DNA of 64,000 bases from the human T2T-CHM13v2.0 reference genome, Homo sapiens, in NCBI RefSeq assembly GCF_009914755.1, contig NC_060947.1; one strand, given 5' to 3'. The notes beneath the pieces were generated by a model. That model did not search any database. It was not told the DNA's origin and saw nothing but the letters and a program-made list of their open reading frames with translations. The stretch's first letter is position 1, and each line of letters begins with the position of its first letter. The position numbers and the translations under genes were made by a program. This document shows, piece after piece, positions 57,820 through 64,000 of the stretch.

Positions 57820-58215
57820 CATTATGGTCTGAATTGTGTCCCCAGAAAACTCACAAATAAAACCTTAACCCCCAATACCTAGAATGTGACTGTATTTGGA
57901 GATAAGCCTTTAAAGAGGCAACTAAGTTACAATGAGGCCATTTTGGCAGGCTCTACTACAGTCTGAGTAGTGTTTTTCATATTAAGAGTAAATTTGGATT
58001 CACAAAGAGACGGCAGGGATGTCAGTGCACAGAGAAAAGATTATTTGAAGTAGCAGCAAGAGGGAAGTCATCTGCAAGTAAAGAAGAGAGGTCTCGGAAG
58101 TACACAATCCTGTTCTTGAATTTCTAGCCTCCAGAACTGTGAGAAAATTAATTTATGTTGTTTCATCTATCCATTCTGCAGTGTTTTGTTATGGCAGCCC
58201 TAGCAAACTCATACA
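57820..58215 (+). mobile_element. MaLR LTR (MLT1A/B-like)
   Basis: TATGGTCTGAATTGTGTCCCC..GAATGTGACTGTATTTGGAGATA..TTGTTATGGCAGCCCTAGCAAACTCATACA. Confidence 0.85.
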
Positions 58216-58651
58216 TTCAAGTAATGACAATTCTCCAGAAATGGGGTTTTAAAGGATCTCCAACCCTATTTTGTCCCTCCTGTACCAACCAGGCTTTTCA
58301 TCATGATTGTGAGTTGTTGGTTTTCAAGGCTACCATGGAGCTTGGGGACGTGGGAATAGTACAAGTTAAAGGCCACAAAACTTGCTGTTCTTAGCAAGAT
58401 TCATCTATATTTCTTGAACAAACAATCCTCAGATTTGCTGCAAATATATGGTCATTTCCAGAGTTCTGAAAGTTTTTTCTGACCATTATTGACAGACTTT
58501 CACTGCTTTCGTAGCTAATAGAATTTTCAAAGGCTCTTACTTTACCACTTTTCACTGCCATCCTCTACCAGGTATAAAATGTAATTAACCACTGTCCCTG
58601 GCATTCCTGATCATCATTATCCTATTCACACTTTAAAAAACAGTATGTATA

Positions 58652-58962
<311 letters not shown>

Positions 58963-58984
58963 CATGTATAGCTTTCTAACATAC

Positions 58985-59165
58985 TGATTTATTTATTATA
59001 ATGTTTTCAACGTATTTATTATATCTTCTGTCTCCTCGCACTAGACTATACGTTTAAGAGAACTGGGGTATTTTCGTGTTTTATTCCATGATACATTTGC
59101 AGTGTCTTGCATGATACCTGGCCATACTAGTAATCAACAAAATTCTGAAATAAATCAACAAATAT
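58985..59165 (+). mobile_element. L2 3' end
   Basis: CTGTCTCCTCGCACTAGACTAT..ATGATACCTGGC. Confidence 0.6.
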
Positions 59166-61109
59166 TTACTAGCTTTAACTGACAAGACATTGTGTAAGGC
59201 TTTGTGTACTGATAGAGTTGCGAAATAAATAAGCTCTAAGTCCTGCCATCTATGTTTATGATATAGAATGTGGCTCACAAGTAATTGAATTTCAAGTAGC
59301 ATGTACTCAATACCATAAGACACATAATAATGAGCAGCTAGGTGATTTTGGGGAGGTAGATATTGGTTTTGTTTAGATAATTAAGATACTCTGCATTGTG
59401 ATGTGATGCTATTTGAGATGGGCTTTAAAGGGTTAGTATGATTGCTATGAGCAAAGTTAAGTGTAGGTGAATGTACAGCATTGGAAGAAGAAATGTGAGC
59501 AAGAAAACACTTAAAATCTTAAAGGATATCTGTGGGAGGTTGAGCAGAACACTATAACTGGAAGTCATTTTTATTTTTCTTGTGGATAGTGAGAGATAAG
59601 GCTAGAAGAATGGTAGGGGCAAGATTCTAGTAAGCCTTAATTATTTGTTAATAAAAATAATAACTGTTGCATGTTTACTATGTGTCAAGAACTTGGAAGC
59701 CAGTGATTCCTACAATATAAACCATACCCTCAAGAAAATTGCAGAATGCTTTGAATGTCAGATTAAGAAAGGCATAAATTACCTTACTGTTACTATTGTG
59801 GTGAGACATCTCTGTCTTTTCTCAGAAAATTTTCTTACTCAGTGTTGCTTCTTCTAGAACATCATGTACAGGAAATAGTAGAGGGCATATTCTTGTGTCT
59901 AGCTTCTTTTGCCCAACATAATATGCTTGAGATTCATCCAGGTTGCTGTGAGTATATTTACTGGTTCCCTTTCATTGCAATCCTAGTGAGACATATGACA
60001 GATACACTCCAGAGTTTTCTATTTTAATGTATATCTGGCTTCAAAGATTAGCTGTACCACATTTTAGGATTATGAATAAATGGAATGGAGATAAAAACAG
60101 CCTGGGCATATAATATTGACAGAAGGCAGTCTGAATGAACAAGGAGAAAAGGGTTTTGAATCAGCAATAGGGCAAGAATTAGTATTAGCATGAGTAGAAG
60201 GAAAAGATACTTAAGTATTAAAAGGAGATTATAAAAGACTGCAGAAGCAGCAGTCGGCACTGGTGGTAATAATGAAAGGTAGATATAGAGGCTGCTAATA
60301 CAACGCAGTGGTAAATCTCTATAACACAACTGAAAGAAATAAGCAGAAAAACAATGGTCAGCGTAGTTGCTCTGATCAACAAATGAGAGAGATCAAGACT
60401 AAGAAGAAACACCCTGAAACAATGACCTTCCCCCCTTTAGTAAAAGATTAGCGACTCTATTAAGAAAGGATTAATGGTTGAATTTCAATTCACATCTCCA
60501 GAGTTTTTGAAGTGTTAATTGTAATTAGCTAATTGGTTTTATAATTAACTGCTCTGTTCTTTCTAATATAGTTTTCACCCACATTATGTTTACTGTGTTA
60601 TTCTCAAATTATTTCTTATATTATTTAAATTTGTTTTTTAAAATTTATGTACAATAAGACATTCTTTTTGTTATGCCATTCTATAAACTTTGACAAATGC
60701 TTAGAGCCATGTAATCCTCACCACAACATGGGTGAATTACTTTTATTTTTAAGTCCTGGTTTTTTACAACTGTAGAAGGGTGTGTGTGTGTATGTGTTTG
60801 TGTAAGATAAAGGCTAGGGATAGAGATGTAATTTTTCCCCAGATATTTATGGATTAAAGAGTTAAACATAAAAAATAAAACATTGAAAGTATTCTAAGAA
60901 AATATGAAACAATATTTCATTACCATTTAGTGATACTTTGTTAATCATGAAACAAATCAGGAATTTTTATGAAAACACTAGCATCAGATTTGATTACATA
61001 GTTTATAAAAATTCATGTTTGGTAAAAGACTGTAAACAAAGCTAAATAAGAAGCAAGAAAATATTTTGCAATATAGAGGAAGCGCAAAAGATTTTGGTCT
61101 AGCAGAAGT

Positions 61110-61365
61110 ATAGTGTAGTGGAATTATAGTGTAGAACATTGGTCTTGAATTAAGTCAGAAAAGACAGATACATATCCTAACTTTGCCACATAAACCGTAG
61201 ATGACCTTAGTGCAATTATGCATCCTCTTTCTCCTCATTGCCACATTTGTAAAATTAGCAAAATAGTAGTATTTATCTCATCAGATTTTTGGAGGTTCAT
61301 AATTTACATTAAAGACTTGTTACAATAATTTGCTCATAGTAAATCCTTAATTAATATTAGCTATA
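61110..61365 (+). mobile_element. MIR SINE
   Basis: GTATAGTGTAGTGG..ATGACCTTAG..CACATTTGTAAAAT. Confidence 0.65.
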
Positions 61366-61403
61366 GTATTACTTTCATTGTTGATAAATGATTCTGCAAA
61401 TCA

Positions 61404-61785
<382 letters not shown>

Positions 61786-61989
61786 ACCAACAAGAAGATT
61801 TTAAAGAAAAAAACAGGAAATTTCATAAACATAAAATCTTCAGAAAATAAAATACATATGGCTAATAAGTATGCAAAAGATGCTAAACTACATAATTAAC
61901 GATACACAATTATTTAAATGAAATAACTTCAATCAAAATGAAAAATATTAAAATTTGATGATGCAACTATATAGATATTTTTATACACT

Positions 61990-62790
61990 GTGTTAGCCAA
62001 GGTCCTCCAAGAATCAGAGACCAAGATATGATTATTCATATAAGAAATTTATTGAAGGCCGGGCACGGTGGCTCACACCTGTAATTCCAGCACTTTGGGA
62101 GGCCGAGGTGGGCGGATCACGAGGTCAGGAGTTCGAGACCAGCCTGACCAACATGGTGAAACCCCATCTCTACTAAAACTACAAAAATTAGCCAGGCGCG
62201 GTAGTGCGCACCTGTGATCCCAGCTACTCAGGAGGCTGAGGCAGGAGAATCGCTTGAACCTGTGGAGGTGGGGGTTGCAGTGAGCCGAGATCGCACCATT
62301 GCACTCCAGCGTGGGTGACAGAGTGGGACTCCGTCTTAAAAAAAAAAAAAAAGAAAGAAAGAAAGAAATTTATTGAGAGAACTACCTGTGATAGAAAATG
62401 GGGAAGGAGCTGAAAGAATCTGGGAGAACTGCCAAACTACAATGCAGAACTGGCTCTGGATGAAAGGGAAGGGTAAAGAAGGAAGAATTAAATAAAGGTT
62501 GGGAGAGAAAGCATTCTAGACTTCATTGTGGTTTAAGAGACTTCTGAAAGGTCGTTGGAGAGTCCTTGAGCCAAAATCCCCTATCAGAGCAGCCCTGCAT
62601 GTCTTAGAAATGGACCTGTCTTAGAATCTCTGCTGTGCTCAATTGTTTATTGGCTAGAAGCAACCCTTAGGAAGAGTGGTCTGTGCACAGCACAAGTACT
62701 GTGATGGATTTCTAAGTGCTACAATTGGGCCGCAGGTCAGTTACACTCTCTTCCATCAGAGATATAAGAAGCACATTTTCATGGCACTAT
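61990..62790 (-). mobile_element. Old ERVL LTR (LTR16-like), interrupted by an Alu
   Basis: GGTCCTCCAAGAATCAGAGACCAAGAT..AAGAAATTTATTG..CCTGTGATAGAAAATGGGGAAGGAGC. Family from recall. Confidence 0.55.
62057..62362 (+). mobile_element. AluS (Sg-like)
   Basis: Full dimer; TSD AAGAAATTTATTGA. Confidence 0.95.
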
Positions 62791-62796
62791 GCATGG

Positions 62797-63173
62797 TGTA
62801 TTAGTCCATTCTCACACTGCTATGAAAAAATATCCGAAACTGGGTAATTTATAAAGAAAAGAGGTTTAATTGACTCACAGTTCCACATTGCTGGGGAGGT
62901 CTCAGGAAACTTACAATTATGGTGGAAGGCAAAGGAGAAGCAGGCACCTTCTTCACAGGGCAGCAGGACGAAGTGAGTGCAAGCAGGGGAAATGCTGTAT
63001 GCTTATAAAACCATCAGATCTCATGAGACTCTCTCATTATCATGAGAACAGCATGTGGGAAATGGTCCCCATGATCCCATTACCTCCACCTGCCCCCACC
63101 CTTGACATGTACGGGTTATGGGGATTACAACTGAAGATGAGATTTTGGGTGGGGACACAGGCAAACCATATCA
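62797..63173 (-). mobile_element. THE1D/MSTA-like solo LTR
   Basis: TGTATTAGTCCATTCTCACACTGCTATG..GCAAACCATATCA; TSD CATGG / AATGG. Confidence 0.9.
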
Positions 63174-63801
63174 AATGGCAACATATATTTATATATTTGT
63201 AGGTCATTTTAGCAATAGTTTTTACATTTGGAATGTTCATTTCCTTTCACATGGCAGTTCTACCTCTAAGAATTTATCCTTCAGAAATATACAACTATAT
63301 ATATACATGATGACTTACATGGACTCTCATTCAGCTAATGACTTGCTGCTGAAACATGGAAATCTGATTTTTAAAAATATAAAATAAGTAAAAATATAAA
63401 TAAATTAAAATAAAATAAATTTTTAAAATAATTACACGACTGTAAAAATCTATGAAAAGTAATGATTATTGCATCATCATCATGGGTCATTGTTGAAAAT
63501 TAGAAACAATTTAAAAGTTAATCAATAGCGGACTGGGAAAAAAATAACATAGCATTGAATATGATATTGTCAGGATATATGTACATTGAAAGGAATACAT
63601 GAGATAGTATTGAGCAATAACGGATTACAAATAGGATGTCTCCTGTGAACTTTCATGTCTATGAAAAAGAAAGTAAACCAAGTAAGTGGAATAAAAGTGC
63701 TCATCTTTCTGAATATAAGCTGAAATTCTAGCTCAATATTTTGTCTCATAAAGAAAATGAAACATAAAATTTTTCCCATAGTAGAGAACCCTTCTTAATT
63801 A

Positions 63802-64000
63802 CTTTCTTTTATTATTATTATTATTATACTTTAAGTTCTGGGGTACATGTGCAGAACGTCCAGGTTTGTTACATACGTATACACGTGCCATGGTGGTTTG
63901 CTTCACCCATCAACCCACCATCTACATTAGGTGTTTCTCCTAATGCTATTTCTCCCCTAGCCCCCCACCCCCCGACAGGCCCCAGTGTGTGATGTTCCCC
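63802..64000 (-). mobile_element. L1PA (7/8-like) 3' end, antisense, continuing past the window edge
   Basis: TTATTATACTTTAAGTTCTGGGGTACATGTGCAGAACG..CAGGCCCCAGTGTGTGATGTTCCCC. Confidence 0.95.

Overview
This window is AT-rich, repeat-dense primate DNA. AluY/S/J, L1PA, LTR7 and LTR5 elements point to a catarrhine, probably human or ape. It looks intergenic or deep-intronic, and I can support no host protein-coding exon. The long ORFs in the track come from L1 ORF2, decayed ERV gag/pol, or Alu and LTR sequence. The main structure is an ~18 kb composite ERV1 locus (23039-41098) bounded by MER4D-type LTRs. It holds a second, env-less gag-pro-pol provirus, a third LTR end with its own PBS, and later insertions (MSTA, THE1, LTR7, LTR5, MLT2A, several Alus). 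The most unusual observations are junction-level events: a doubled antisense U6 snRNA fragment at the 5' end of a truncated Alu, a ~245 bp inverted repeat with a sharp identity gradient, an MLT2A LTR split into oppositely oriented halves at its (TA)n tract, a tailless Alu with a perfect TSD, and templated micro-insertions. I found no convincing new multi-gene biological system. Repeat subfamily names come from my recall of consensus sequences and need RepeatMasker/Dfam confirmation.
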